Part shown: piece after piece, positions 20,201-35,200 of the stretch | How positions within the stretch are numbered: the first letter of the stretch is position 1 | Layout of the letters: each line of letters begins with the position of its first letter | From: Eledone cirrhosa | Lineage: Eukaryota | DNA: 64,000 nt | Reading direction: 5' to 3' | NCBI GenBank assembly: GCA_964016885.1 | Contig: OZ024743.1 | Coordinates: 36,270,001-36,334,000 of the forward strand | The notes under the pieces: model-generated | Databases searched by the model: none | What the model saw: only the letters and a program-made list of their open reading frames with translations | Told to the model about the DNA's origin: nothing | Made by a program: the position numbers and the translations under genes

Positions 20201-23200
20201 TTTGTTATTGTTCCTCTACAGTCTTTGTTAAGGTTCCTCTACAGTCTTCGTTAATGTTCCTCTACAGTCCCAGTTAATAATCCTCTACAGTCCTTATTAA
20301 TGTTCCTCTACAGTCCTTGTTAATGTTCCTCTACAGTCCTTGTTAATGTTCCTCTACAGTCTTTGTTAATGTTCCTCTACAGTCTTTGTTAATGTTCCTC
20401 TACAGTCCCAGTTAATAATCCTCTACATTCCTTATTAATATTCCTCTACAGTCCTTGTTAATGTTCCTCTACAGTCCTTGTTAATGTTCCTCTACAGTCC
20501 TTGTTAATGTTCCTCTACAGTCCTTGTTAATGTTCCTCTACAGTCTTTGTTAATGTTCCTCTACAGTCTTTGTCAATATACCTCTACAGTCTTTGTTAAT
20601 GTTCCTCTACAGTCCTTGATAATGTTCCTCTACAGTCCTTGTTAATGTTCCTCGACTGTCTTTGTTAATGTTCCCCTACAGTCTTTGTTAATGTTCCCCT
20701 ACAGTCTTTGTTAATATACCTCTACAGTCTTTGTTAATGTTCCTCTACAGTCTTTGTTAATGTTCCTCTACAGTCTGTGTTAATGTTCCTCTACAGTCTT
20801 TGTTAATGTTCCTCTACAGTCTTTGTTAATGTTCCTCTAGAGTCTTTGTTAATGTTCCTCTACAGTCTTTGTTAATGTTCCTGTACAGTCTTTGTTAATG
20901 TTACTCTACAGTCTTTGTTAATGTTCCTCTACAGTCTTTGTTAATGTTCCTCTACAGTCCTTGTTAATGTTCCTCTACAGTCTTTGTTAATGTTCCCCTA
21001 CAGTCTTTGTTAATATACCTCTACAGTCTTTGTTAATGTTCCTCTACAGTCTTTGTTAATGTTCCTATACAGTCCTTGTTAATGTTCCTCTACAGCCCTT
21101 GTTAATGTTCCTCTACAGTCGTTGTTAATGTTCCTGTACAGTCTTTGTTAATATACCTCTACAGTCTTTGTTAATGTTCCTCTACAGTCCTTGTTAATGT
21201 TCCTCTACACTCTTTGTTAATGTTCCTCTACAGTCTTTGTTAATGTTCCTATACAGTCCTTGTTAATGTTCCTCTACAGTCCTTGTAAATGTTCCTCTAC
21301 AGTCTTTGATAATGTTGCTGTACAGTCTTTGTTAATATACCTCTACAGTCCTTGTTAATGTTCCTCTACAGTCTTTGTTAATGTTCCTGTACAGTCCTTG
21401 TTAATGTTCCTCTATAGTCCCAGTTAATGTTCCCCTACAGTCCTTATTAATGTTCCTCTACACTCTTTGATAATATTCCTCTACAGTCTTTGTTAATGTT
21501 CCTCTACAGTCTTTGTTAATATTCCTCTACAGTCCTTGTTAATGTTCCTCTACAGTCTTTGTTAATGTTCCTCTATAGTCCCAGTTAATGTTCCTCTACA
21601 GTCCGAGTTAATGTTCCTCTACAGTCTTTGTTAATGTTCCTGTACAGTTCTTGTTAATGTTCCTCTATAGTCCCAGTTAATGTTCCTCTACAGTCCTTGT
21701 TAATGTTCCTCTACAGTCTTTGTTAATGTTCCTGTACAGTCCTTGATAATGTACCTCTATAGTCCCAGTTAATGTTCCTCTACAGTCTTTGTTAATGTTC
21801 CTGTACAGTCATTGTTAATGTTCCTCTATAGTCCCAGTTAATGTTCCTCTACAGTCCTTGTTAATGTTCCTCTACAGTCTTTGTTAATGTTCCTGTACAG
21901 TCCTTGTTAACGTTCCTCTATAGTCCCAGTTAATGTTCCTCTACAGTGTTTGTTAAAGTTCCTCTACAGTCTTTGTTAACGTTCCTGTACAGTCCTTCAT
22001 AATGTTCCTCTATAGTCCCAGTTAATGTTGCTCTACAGTCCTTGTTAATGTTCCTCTACAGTCTTTGTTAATGTTCCTGTACAGTCCTTGTTAATGTTCC
22101 TCTATAGTCCCAGTTAATGTTCCCCTACAGTCCTTATTAATGTTCCTCTACACTCTTTGTTAATATTCCTCTACAGTCCTTGTTAATGTTCCTCAACAGT
22201 CCTTGTTAATGTTCCTCTACAGTCTTTGTTATTGTTCCTCTACAGTCTTTGTTAAGGTTCCTCTACAGTCTTTGTTAATGTTCCTCTACAGTCCCAGTTA
22301 ATAATCCTCTACAGTCCTTATTAATGTTCCTCTACAGTCCTTGTTAATGTTCCTCTACAGTCCTTGTTAATGTTCCTCTACAGTCTTTGTTAATGTTCCT
22401 CTACAGTCTTTGTTAATGTTCCTCTACAGTCCCAGTTAATAATCCTCTACATTCCTTATTAATATTCCTCTACAGTCCTTGTTAATGTTCCTCTACAGTC
22501 CTTGTTAATGTTCCTCTACAGTCCTTGTTAATGTTCCTCTACAGTCCTTGTTAATGTTCCTCTACAGTCTTTGTTAATGTTCCTCTACAGTCTTTGTCAA
22601 TATACCTCTACAGTCTTTGTTAATGTTCCTCTACAGTCCTTGATAATGTTCCTCTACAGTCCTTGTTAATCTTCCTCGAGAGTCTTTGTTAATGTTCCCC
22701 TACAGTCTTTGTTAATGTTCCCCTACAGTCTTTGTTAATATACCTCTACAGTCTTTGTTAATGTTCCTCTACAGTCTTTGTTAATGTTCCTCTACAGTCT
22801 TTGTTAATGTTCCTCTACAGTCTTTGTTAATGTTCCTCTACAGTCTTTGTTAATGTTCCTCTACAGTCTTTGTTAATGTTCCTGTACAGTCTTTGTTAAT
22901 GTTCCTCTACAGTCTTTGTTAATGTTCCTCTACAGTCTTTGTTAATGTTCCTGTACAGTCTTTGTTAATGTTCCTCTACAGTCTTTGTTAATGTTCCTCT
23001 ACAGTCTTTGTTAATGTTCCTCTACAGTCCTTGTTAATGTTCCTCTACAGTCTTTGTTAATGTTCCCCTACAGTCTTTGTTAATATACCTCTACAGTCTT
23101 TGTTAATGTTCCTCTACAGTCTTTGTTAATGTTCCTCTACAGTCTTTGTTAATGTTCCTATACAGTCCTTGTTAATGTTCCTCTACAGCCCTTGTTAATG

Positions 23201-26200
23201 TTCCTCTACAGTCGTTGTTAATGTTCCTGTACAGTCTTTGTTAATATACCTCTACAGTCTTTGTTAATGTTCCTCTACAGTCCTTGTTAATGTTCCTCTA
23301 CAGTCTTTGTTAATGTTCCTCTACAGTCTTTGTTAATGTTCCTATACAGTCCTTGTTAATGTTCCTCTACAGCCCTTGTTAATGTTCCTCTACAGTCGTT
23401 GTTAATGTTCCTGTACAGTCTTTGTTAATATACCTCTACAGTCTTTGTTAATGTTCCTCTACAGTCCTTGTTAATGTTCCTCTACAGTCTTTGTTAATGT
23501 TCCTCTACAGTCTTTGTTAATGTTCCTATACAGTCCTTGTTAATGTTCCTCTACAGTCCTTGTTAATGTTCCTCTACAGTCTTTGTTAATGTTCCTGTAC
23601 AGTCCTTGTTAACGTTCCTCTATAGTCCCAGTTAATGTTCCTCTACAGTGTTTGTTAAAGTTCCTCTACAGTCTTTGTTAACGTTCCTGTACAGTCCTTG
23701 ATAATGTTCCTCTATAGTCCCAGTTAATGTTGCTCTACAGTCCTTGTTAATGTTCCTCTACAGTCTTTGTTAATGTTCCTGTACAGTCCTTGTTAATGTT
23801 CCTCTATAGTCCCAGTTAATGTTCCCCTACAGTCCTTATTAATGTTCCTCTACACTCTTTGTTAATATTCCTCTACAGTCCTTGTTAATGTTCCTCAACA
23901 GTCCTTGTTAATGTTCCTCTACAGTCTTTGTTCTTGTTCCTCTACAGTCTTTGTTAAGGTTCCTCTACAGTCTTTGTTAATGTTCCTCTACAGTCCCAGT
24001 TAATAATCCTCTACAGTCCTTATTAATGTTCCTCTACAGTCCTTGTTAATGTTCCTCTACAGTCCTTGTTAATGTTCCTCTACAGTCTTTGTTAATGTTC
24101 CTCTACAGTCTTTGTTAATGTTCCTCTACAGTCCCAGTTAATAATCCTCTACATTCCTTATTAATATTCCTCTACAGTCCTTGTTAATGTTCCTCTACAG
24201 TCCTTGTTAATGTTCCTCTACAGTCCTTGTTAATGTTCCTCTACAGTCCTTGTTAATGTTCCTCTACAGTCCTTGTTAATGTTCCTCTACAGTCTTTGTT
24301 AATGTTCCTCTACAGTCTTTGTCAATATACCTCTACAGTCTTTGTTAATGTTCCTCTACAGTCCTTGATAATGTTCCTCTACAGTCCTTGTTAATGTTCC
24401 TCGACAGTCTTTGTTAATGTTCCCCTACAGTCTTTGTTAATGTTCCCCTACAGTCTTTGTTAATATACCTCTACAGTCTTTGTTAATGTTCCTCTACAGT
24501 CTTTGTTAATGTTCCTCTACAGTCTGTGTTAATGTTCCTCTACAGTCTTTGTTAATGTTCCTCTACAGTCTTTGTTAATGTTCCTCTACAGTCTTTGTTA
24601 ATGTTCTTCTACAGTCGTTGCTAATGTTCCTCTACAGTCTTTGTTAATGTTCCTCTACAGTTCTTGTTAATGTTCCTCTACAGTCTTTGTCAATGTTCCT
24701 CTACAGTCTTTGTTAATGTTCCTGTACAGTCTTTGTTAATGTTCCTCTACAGTCTTTGTTAATGTTCCTCTACAGTCTTTGTTAATGTTCCTCTACAGTC
24801 CTTGTTAATGTTCCTCTACAGTCTTTGTTAATGTTCCCCTACAGTCTTTGTTAATATACCTCTACAGTCTTTGTTAATGTTCCTCTACAGTCTTTGTTAA
24901 TGTTCCTCTACAGTCTTTGTTAATGTTCCTATACAGTCCTTGTTAATGTTCCTCTACAGCCCTTGTTAATGTTCCTCTACAGTCGTTGTTAATGTTCCTG
25001 TACAGTCTTTGTTAATATACCTCTACAGTCTTTGTTAATGTTCCTCTACAGTCCTTGTTAATGTTCCTCTACAGTCTTTGTTAATGTTCCTCTACAGTCT
25101 TTGTTAATGTTCCTATACAGTCCTTGTTAATGTTCCTCTACAGACCTTGTTAATGTTCCTCTACAGTCGTTGTTAATGTTCCTGTACAGTCTTTGTTAAT
25201 ATACCTCTACAGTCTTTGTTAATGTTCCTCTACAGTCCTTGTTAATGTTCCTCTACAGTCTTTGTTAATGTTCCTCTACAGTCTTTGTTATTGTTCCTAT
25301 ACAGTCCTTGTTAATGTTCCTCTACAGTCCTTGTTAATGTTCCTCTACAGTCTTTGTTAATGTTCCTGTACAGTCCTTGTTAACGTTCCTCTATAGTCCC
25401 AGTTAATGTTCCTCTACAGTGTTTGTTAAAGTTCCTCTACAGTCTTTGTTAACGTTCCTGTACAGTCCTTGATAATGTTCCTCTATAGTCCCAGTTAATG
25501 TTCCTGTACAGTCCTTGTTAATGTTCCTCTATAGTCCCAGTTAATGTTCCCCTACAGTCCTTATTAATGTTCCTCTACACTCTTTGTTAATATTCCTCTA
25601 CAGTCCTTGTTAATGTTCCTCAACAGTCCTTGTTAATGTTCCTCTACAGTCTTTGTTATTGTTCCTCTACAGTCTTTGTTAAGGTTCCTCTACAGTCTTT
25701 GTTAATGTTCCTCTACAGTCCCAGTTAATAATCCTCTACACTCCTTATTAATGTTCCTCTACAGTCCTTGTTAATGTTCCTCTACAGTCCTTGTTAATGT
25801 TCCTCTGCAGTCTTTGTTAATGTTCCTCTACAGTCTTTGTTAATGTTCCTCTACAGTCCCAGTTAATAATCCTCTACATTCCTTATTAATATTCCTCTAC
25901 AGTCCTTGTTAATGTTCCTCTACAGTCCTTGTTAATGTTCCTCTACAGTCCTTGTTAATGTTCCTCTACAGTCCTTGTTAATGTTCCTCTACAGTCTTTG
26001 TTAATGTTCCTCTACAGTCTTTGTCAATATACCTCTACAGTCTTTGTTAATGTTCCTCTACAGTCCTTGATAATGTTCCTCTACAGTCCTTGTTAATGTT
26101 CCTCGACAGTCTTTGTTAATGTTCCCCTACAGTCTTTGTTAATGTTCCCCTACAGTCTTTGTTAATATACCTCTACAGTCTTTGTTAATGTTCCTCTACA

Positions 26201-29200
26201 GTCTTTGTTAATGTTCCTCTACAGTCTGTGTTAATGTTCCTCTACAGTCTTTGTTAATGTTCCTCTACAGTCTTTGTTAATGTTCCTCTACAGTCTTTGT
26301 TAATGTTCCTCTACAGTCTTTGTTAATGTTCCTGTACAGTCTTTGTTAATGTTCCTCTACAGTCTTTGTTAATGTTCCTCTACAGTCTTTGTTAATGTTC
26401 CTGTACAGTCTTTGTTAATGTTCCTCTACAGTCTTTGTTAATGTTCCTCTACAGTCTTTGTTAATGTTCCTCTACAGTCCTTGTTAATGTTCCTCTACAG
26501 TCTTTGTTAATGTTCCCCTACAGTCTTTGTTAATATACCTCTACAGTCTTTGTTAATATTCCTCTACAGTCTTTGTTAATGTTCCTCTACAGTCTTTGTT
26601 AATGTTCCTATACAGTCCTTGTTAATGTTCCTCTACAGCCCTTGTTAATGTTCCTCTACAGTCGTTGTTAATGTTCCTGTACAGTCTTTGTTAATATACC
26701 TCTACAGTCTTTGTTAATGTTCCTCTACAGTCCTTGTTAATGTTCCTCTACAGTCTTTGTTAATGTTCCTCTACAGTCTTTGTTAATGTTCCTATACAGT
26801 CCTTGTTAATGTTCCTCTACAGTCCTTGTAAATGTTCCTCTACAGTCTTTGATAATGTTGCTGTACAGACTTTGTTAATATACCTCTACAGTCCTTGTTA
26901 ATGTTCCTCTACAGTCTTTGTTAATGTTCCTGTACAGTCCTTGTTAATGTTCCTCTATAGTCCCAGTTAATGTTCCCCTACAGTCCTTATTAATGTTCCT
27001 CTACACTCTTTGATAATATTCCTCTACAGTCTTTGTTAAGGTTCCTCTACAATCTTTGTTAATGTTCCTCTACAGTCCCAGTTAATAATCCTCTACAGTC
27101 CTTATTAATGTTCCTCTACAGTCCTTGTTATTGTTCCTCTACAGTCCTTGTTAATGTTCCTCTACAGTCTTTGTTAATGTTCCTGTACAGTCCTTGTTAA
27201 TGTTCCTCTATAGTCCCAGTTAATGTTCCCCTACAGTCCTTATTAATGTTCCTCTACACTCTTTGATAATATTCCTCTACAGTCTTTGTTAAGGTTCCTC
27301 TACAGTCCTTGTTAATGTTCCTCTACAGTCTTTGTTAATGTTCCTGTACAGTCCTTGTTAATGTTCCTCTATAGTCCCAGTTAATGTTCCCCTACAGTCC
27401 TTATTAATGTTCCTCTACACTCTTTGATAATAATCCTCTACAGTCTTTGTTAAGGTTCCTCTACAGTCTTTGTTAATGTTCCTCTACAGTCCCAGTTAAT
27501 AATCCTCTACAGTCCTTATTAATGTTCCTCTACAGTCCTTGTTAATGTTCCTCTACAGTCCTTGTTAATGTTCCTCTACAGTCTTTGTTAATGTTCCTCT
27601 ACAGTCTTTGTTAATGTTCCTCTACAGTCCCAGTTAATAATCCTCTACATTCCTTATTAATATTCCTCTACAGTCCTTGTTAATGTTCCTCTACAGTCCT
27701 TGTTAATGTTCCTCTACAGTCCTTGTTAATGTTCCTCTACAGTCCTTGTTAATGTTCCTCTACAGTCTTTGTTAATGTTCCTCTACAGTCTTTGTCAATA
27801 TACCTCTACAGTCTTTGTTAATGTTCCTCTACAGTCCTTGATAATGTTCCTCTACAGTCCTTGTTAATGTTCCTCGACAGTCTTTGTTAATGTTCCCCTA
27901 CAGTCTGTGTTAATGTTCCTCTACAGTCTTTGTTAATGTTCCTCTACAGTCTTTGTTAATGTTCCTCTAGAGTCTTTGTTAATGTTCCTCTACAGTCTTT
28001 GTTAATGTTCCTGTACAGTCTTTGTTAATGTTACTCTACAGTCTTTGTTAATGTTCCTCTACAGTCTTTGTTAATGTTCCTCTACAGTCCTTGTTAATGT
28101 TCCTCTACAGTCTTTGTTAATGTTCCCCTACAGTCTTTGTTAATATACCTCTACAGTCTTTGTTAATGTTCCTCTACAGTCTTTGTTAATGTTCCTATAC
28201 AGTCCTTGTTAATGTTCCTCTACAGCCCTTGTTAATGTTCCTCTACAGTCGTTGTTAATGTTCCTGTACAGTCTTTGTTAATATACCTCTACAGTCTTTG
28301 TTAATGTTCCTCTACAGTCCTTGTTAATGTTCCTCTACACTCTTTGTTAATGTTCCTCTACAGTCTTTGTTAATGTTCCTATACAGTCCTTGTTAATGTT
28401 CCTCTACAGTCCTTGTAAATGTTCCTCTACAGTCTTTGATAATGTTGCTGTACAGTCTTTGTTAATATACCTCTACAGTCCTTGTTAATGTTCCTCTACA
28501 GTCTTTGTTAATGTTCCTGTACAGTCCTTGTTAATGTTCCTCTATAGTCCCAGTTAATGTTCCCCTACAGTCCTTATTAATGTTCCTCTACACTCTTTGA
28601 TAATATTCCTCTACAGTCTTTGTTAATGTTCCTCTACAGTCTTTGTTAATATTCCTCTACAGTCCTTGTTAATGTTCCTCTACAGTCTTTGTTAATGTTC
28701 CTCTATAGTCCCAGTTAATGTTCCTCTACAGTCCGAGTTAATGTTCCTCTACAGTCTTTGTTAATGTTCCTGTACAGTTCTTGTTAATGTTCCTCTATAG
28801 TCCCAGTTAATGTTCCTCTACAGTCCTTGTTAATGTTCCTCTACAGTCTTTGTTAATGTTCCTGTACAGTCCTTGATAATGTACCTCTATAGTCCCAGTT
28901 AATGTTCCTCTACAGTCTTTGTTAATGTTCCTGTACAGTCATTGTTAATGTTCCTCTATAGTCCCAGTTAATGTTCCTCTACAGTCCTTGTTAATGTTCC
29001 TCTACAGTCTTTGTTAATGTTCCTGTACAGTCCTTGTTAACGTTCCTCTATAGTCCCAGTTAATGTTCCTCTACAGTGTTTGTTAAAGTTCCTCTACAGT
29101 CTTTGTTAACGTTCCTGTACAGTCCTTGATAATGTTCCTCTATAGTCCCAGTTAATGTTGCTCTACAGTCCTTGTTAATGTTCCTCTACAGTCTTTGTTA

Positions 29201-32200
29201 ATGTTCCTGTACAGTCCTTGTTAATGTTCCTCTATAGTCCCAGTTAATGTTCCCCTACAGTCCTTATTAATGTTCCTCTACACTCTTTGTTAATATTCCT
29301 CTACAGTCCTTGTTAATGTTCCTCAACAGTCCTTGTTAATGTTCCTCTACAGTCTTTGTTATTGTTCCTCTACAGTCTTTGTTAAGGTTCCTCTACAGTC
29401 TTTGTTAATGTTCCTCTACAGTCCCAGTTAATAATCCTCTACAGTCCTTATTAATGTTCCTCTACAGTCCTTGTTAATGTTCCTCTACAGTCCTTGTTAA
29501 TGTTCCTCTACAGTCTTTGTTAATGTTCCTCTACAGTCTTTGTTAATGTTCCTCTACAGTCCCAGTTAATAATCCTCTACATTCCTTATTAATATTCCTC
29601 TACAGTCCTTGTTAATGTTCCTCTACAGTCCTTGTTAATGTTCCTCTACAGTCCTTGTTAATGTTCCTCTACAGTCCTTGTTAATGTTCCTCTACAGTCT
29701 TTGTTAATGTTCCTCTACAGTCTTTGTCAATATACCTCTACAGTCTTTGTTAATGTTCCTCTACAGTCCTTGATAATGTTCCTCTACAGTCCTTGTTAAT
29801 CTTCCTCGAGAGTCTTTGTTAATGTTCCCCTACAGTCTTTGTTAATGTTCCCCTACAGTCTTTGTTAATATACCTCTACAGTCTTTGTTAATGTTCCTCT
29901 ACAGTCTTTGTTAATGTTCCTCTACAGTCTTTGTTAATGTTCCTCTACAGTCTTTGTTAATGTTCCTCTACAGTCTTTGTTAATGTTCCTCTACAGTCTT
30001 TGTTAATGTTCCTGTACAGTCTTTGTTAATGTTCCTCTACAGTCTTTGTTAATGTTCCTCTACAGTCTTTGTTAATGTTCCTGTACAGTCTTTGTTAATG
30101 TTCCTCTACAGTCTTTGTTAATGTTCCTCTACAGTCTTTGTTAATGTTCCTCTACAGTCCTTGTTAATGTTCCTCTACAGTCTTTGTTAATGTTCCCCTA
30201 CAGTCTTTGTTAATATACCTCTACAGTCTTTGTTAATGTTCCTCTACAGTCTTTGTTAATGTTCCTCTACAGTCTTTGTTAATGTTCCTATACAGTCCTT
30301 GTTAATGTTCCTCTACAGCCCTTGTTAATGTTCCTCTACAGTCGTTGTTAATGTTCCTGTACAGTCTGTGTTAATATACCTCTACAGTCTTTGTTAATGT
30401 TCCTCTACAGTCCTTGTTAATGTTCCTCTACAGTCTTTGTTAATGTTCCTCTACAGTCTTTGTTAATGTTCCTATACAGTCCTTGTTAATGTTCCTCTAC
30501 AGCCCTTGTTAATGTTCCTCTACAGTCGTTGTTAATGTTCCTGTACAGTCTTTGTTAATATACCTCTACAGTCTTTGTTAATGTTCCTCTACAGTCCTTG
30601 TTAATGTTCCTCTACAGTCTTTGTTAATGTTCCTCTACAGTCTTTGTTAATGTTCCTATACAGTCCTTGTTAATGTTCCTCTACAGTCCTTGTTAATGTT
30701 CCTCTACAGTCTTTGTTAATGTTCCTGTACAGTCCTTGTTAACGTTCCTCTATAGTCCCAGTTAATGTTCCTCTACAGTGTTTGTTAAAGTTCCTCTACA
30801 GTCTTTGTTAACGTTCCTGTACAGTCCTTGATAATGTTCCTCTATAGTCCCAGTTAATGTTGCTCTACAGTCCTTGTTAATGTTCCTCTACAGTCTTTGT
30901 TAATGTTCCTGTACAGTCCTTGTTAATGTTCCTCTATAGTCCCAGTTAATGTTCCCCTACAGTCCTTATTAATGTTCCTCTACACTCTTTGTTAATATTC
31001 CTCTACAGTCCTTGTTAATGTTCCTCAACAGTCCTTGTTAATGTTCCTCTACAGTCTTTGTTCTTGTTCCTCTACAGTCTTTGTTAAGGTTCCTCTACAG
31101 TCTTTGTTAATGTTCCTCTACAGTCCCAGTTAATAATCCTCTACAGTCCTTATTAATGTTCCTCTACAGTCCTTGTTAATGTTCCTCTACAGTCCTTGTT
31201 AATGTTCCTCTACAGTCTTTGTTAATGTTCCTCTACAGTCTTTGTTAATGTTCCTCTACAGTCCCAGTTAATAATCCTCTACATTCCTTATTAATATTCC
31301 TCTACAGTCCTTGTTAATGTTCCTCTACAGTCCTTGTTAATGTTCCTCTACAGTCCTTGTTAATGTTCCTCTACAGTCCTTGTTAATGTTCCTCTACAGT
31401 CCTTGTTAATGTTCCTCTACAGTCTTTGTTAATGTTCCTCTACAGTCTTTGTCAATATACCTCTACAGTCTTTGTTAATGTTCCTCTACAGTCCTTGATA
31501 ATGTTCCTCTACAGTCCTTGTTAATGTTCCTCGACAGTCTTTGTTAATGTTCCCCTACAGTCTTTGTTAATGTTCCCCTACAGTCTTTGTTAATATACCT
31601 CTACAGTCTTTGTTAATGTTCCTCTACAGTCTTTGTTAATGTTCCTCTACAGTCTGTGTTAATGTTCCTCTACAGTCTTTGTTAATGTTCCTCTACAGTC
31701 TTTGTTAATGTTCCTCTACAGTCTTTGTTAATGTTCTTCTACAGTCGTTGCTAATGTTCCTCTACAGTCTTTGTTAATGTTCCTCTACAGTTCTTGTTAA
31801 TGTTCCTCTACAGTCTTTGTCAATGTTCCTCTACAGTCTTTGTTAATGTTCCTGTACAGTCTTTGTTAATGTTCCTCTACAGTCTTTGTTAATGTTCCTC
31901 TACAGTCTTTGTTAATGTTCCTCTACAGTCCTTGTTAATGTTCCTCTACAGTCTTTGTTAATGTTCCCCTACAGTCTTTGTTAATATACCTCTACAGTCT
32001 TTGTTAATGTTCCTCTACAGTCTTTGTTAATGTTCCTCTACAGTCTTTGTTAATGTTCCTATACAGTCCTTGTTAATGTTCCTCTACAGCCCTTGTTAAT
32101 GTTCCTCTACAGTCGTTGTTAATGTTCCTGTACAGTCTTTGTTAATATACCTCTACAGTCTTTGTTAATGTTCCTCTACAGTCCTTGTTAATGTTCCTCT

Positions 32201-35200
32201 ACAGTCTTTGTTAATGTTCCTCTACAGTCTTTGTTAATGTTCCTATACAGTCCTTGTTAATGTTCCTCTACAGACCTTGTTAATGTTCCTCTACAGTCGT
32301 TGTTAATGTTCCTGTACAGTCTTTGTTAATATACCTCTACAGTCTTTGTTAATGTTCCTCTACAGTCCTTGTTAATGTTCCTCTACAGTCTTTGTTAATG
32401 TTCCTCTACAGTCTTTGTTATTGTTCCTATACAGTCCTTGTTAATGTTCCTCTACAGTCCTTGTTAATGTTCCTCTACAGTCTTTGTTAATGTTCCTGTA
32501 CAGTCCTTGTTAACGTTCCTCTATAGTCCCAGTTAATGTTCCTCTACAGTGTTTGTTAAAGTTCCTCTACAGTCTTTGTTAACGTTCCTGTACAGTCCTT
32601 GATAATGTTCCTCTATAGTCCCAGTTAATGTTCCTGTACAGTCCTTGTTAATGTTCCTCTATAGTCCCAGTTAATGTTCCCCTACAGTCCTTATTAATGT
32701 TCCTCTACACTCTTTGTTAATATTCCTCTACAGTCCTTGTTAATGTTCCTCAACAGTCCTTGTTAATGTTCCTCTACAGTCTTTGTTATTGTTCCTCTAC
32801 AGTCTTTGTTAAGGTTCCTCTACAGTCTTTGTTAATGTTCCTCTACAGTCCCAGTTAATAATCCTCTACACTCCTTATTAATGTTCCTCTACAGTCCTTG
32901 TTAATGTTCCTCTACAGTCCTTGTTAATGTTCCTCTACAGTCTTTGTTAATGTTCCTCTACAGTCTTTGTTAATGTTCCTCTACAGTCCCAGTTAATAAT
33001 CCTCTACATTCCTTATTAATATTCCTCTACAGTCCTTGTTAATGTTCCTCTACAGTCCTTGTTAATGTTCCTCTACAGTCCTTGTTAATGTTCCTCTACA
33101 GTCCTTGTTAATGTTCCTCTACAGTCTTTGTTAATGTTCCTCTACAGTCTTTGTCAATATACCTCGACAGTCTTTGTTAATGTTCCCCTACAGTCTTTGT
33201 TAATGTTCCCCTACAGTCTTTGTTAATATACCTCTACAGTCTTTGTTAATGTTCCTCTACAGTCTTTGTTAATGTTCCTCTACAGTCTGTGTTAATGTTC
33301 CTCTACAGTCTTTGTTAATGTTCCTCTACAGTCTTTGTTAATGTTCCTCTACAGTCTTTGTTAATGTTCCTCTACAGTCTTTGTTAATGTTCCTGTACAG
33401 TCTTTGTTAATGTTCCTCTACAGTCTTTGTTAATGTTCCTCTACAGACTTTGTTAATGTTCCTGTACAGTCTTTGTTAATGTTCCTCTACAGTCTTTGTT
33501 AATGTTCCTCTACAGTCTTTGTTAATGTTCCTCTACAGTCCTTGTTAATGTTCCTCTACAGTCTTTGTTAATGTTCCCCTACAGTCTTTGTTAATATACC
33601 TCTACAGTCTTTGTTAATATTCCTCTACAGTCTTTGTTAATGTTCCTCTACAGTCTTTGTTAATGTTCCTATACAGTCCTTGTTAATGTTCCTCTACAGC
33701 CCTTGTTAATGTTCCTCTACAGTCGTTGTTAATGTTCCTGTACAGTCTTTGTTAATATACCTCTACAGTCTTTGTTAATGTTCCTCTACAGTCCTTGTTA
33801 ATGTTCCTCTACAGTCTTTGTTAATGTTCCTCTACAGTCTTTGTTAATGTTCCTATACAGTCCTTGTTAATGTTCCTCTACAGTCCTTGTAAATGTTCCT
33901 CTACAGTCTTTGATAATGTTGCTGTACAGACTTTGTTAATATACCTCTACAGTCCTTGTTAATGTTCCTCTACAGTCTTTGTTAATGTTCCTGTACAGTC
34001 CTTGTTAATGTTCCTCTATAGTCCCAGTTAATGTTCCCCTACAGTCCTTATTAATGTTCCTCTACACTCTTTGATAATATTCCTCTACAGTCTTTGTTAA
34101 GGTTCCTCTACAATCTTTGTTAATGTTCCTCTACAGTCCCAGTTAATAATCCTCTACAGTCCTTATTAATGTTCCTCTACAGTCCTTGTTAATGTTCCTC
34201 TACAGTCCTTGTTAATGTTCCTCTACAGTCTTTGTTAATGTTCCTGTACAGTCCTTGTTAATGTTCCTCTATAGTCCCAGTTAATGTTCCCCTACAGTCC
34301 TTATTAATGTTCCTCTACACTCTTTGATAATATTCCTCTACAGTCTTTGTTAAGGTTCCTCTACAGTCCTTGTTAATGTTCCTCTACAGTCTTTGTTAAT
34401 GTTCCTGTACAGTCCTTGTTAATGTTCCTCTATAGTCCCAGTTAATGTTCCCCTACAGTCCTTATTAATGTTCCTCTACACTCTTTGATAATAATCCTCT
34501 ACAGTCTTTGTTAAGGTTCCTCTACAGTCTTTGTTAATGTTCCTCTACAGTCCCAGTTAATAATCCTCTACAGTCCTTATTAATGTTCCTCTACAGTCCT
34601 TGTTAATGTTCCTCTACAGTCCTTGTTAATGTTCCTCTACAGTCTTTGTTAATGTTCCTCTACAGTCTTTGTTAATGTTCCTCTACAGTCCCAGTTAATA
34701 ATCCTCTACATTCCTTATTAATATTCCTCTACAGTCCTTGTTAATGTTCCTCTACAGTCCTTGTTAATGTTCCTCTACAGTCCTTGTTAATGTTCCTCTA
34801 CAGTCCTTGTTAATGTTCCTCTACAGTCTTTGTTAATGTTCCTCTACAGTCTTTGTCAATATACCTCTACAGTCTTTGTTAATGTTCCTCTACAGTCCTT
34901 GATAATGTTCCTCTACAGTCCTTGTTAATGTTCCTCGACAGTCTTTGTTAATGTTCCCCTACAGTCTTTGTTAATGTTCCCCTACAGTCTTTGTTAATAT
35001 ACCTCTACAGTCTTTGTTAATGTTCCTCTACAGTCTTTGTTAATGTTCCTCTACAGTCTGTGTTAATGTTCCTCTACAGTCTTTGTTAATGTTCCTCTAC
35101 AGTCTTTGTTAATGTTCCTCTACAGTCTTTGTTAATGTTCCTCTACAGTCTTTGTTAATGTTCCTGTACAGTCTTTGTTAATGTTCCTCTACAGTCTTTG

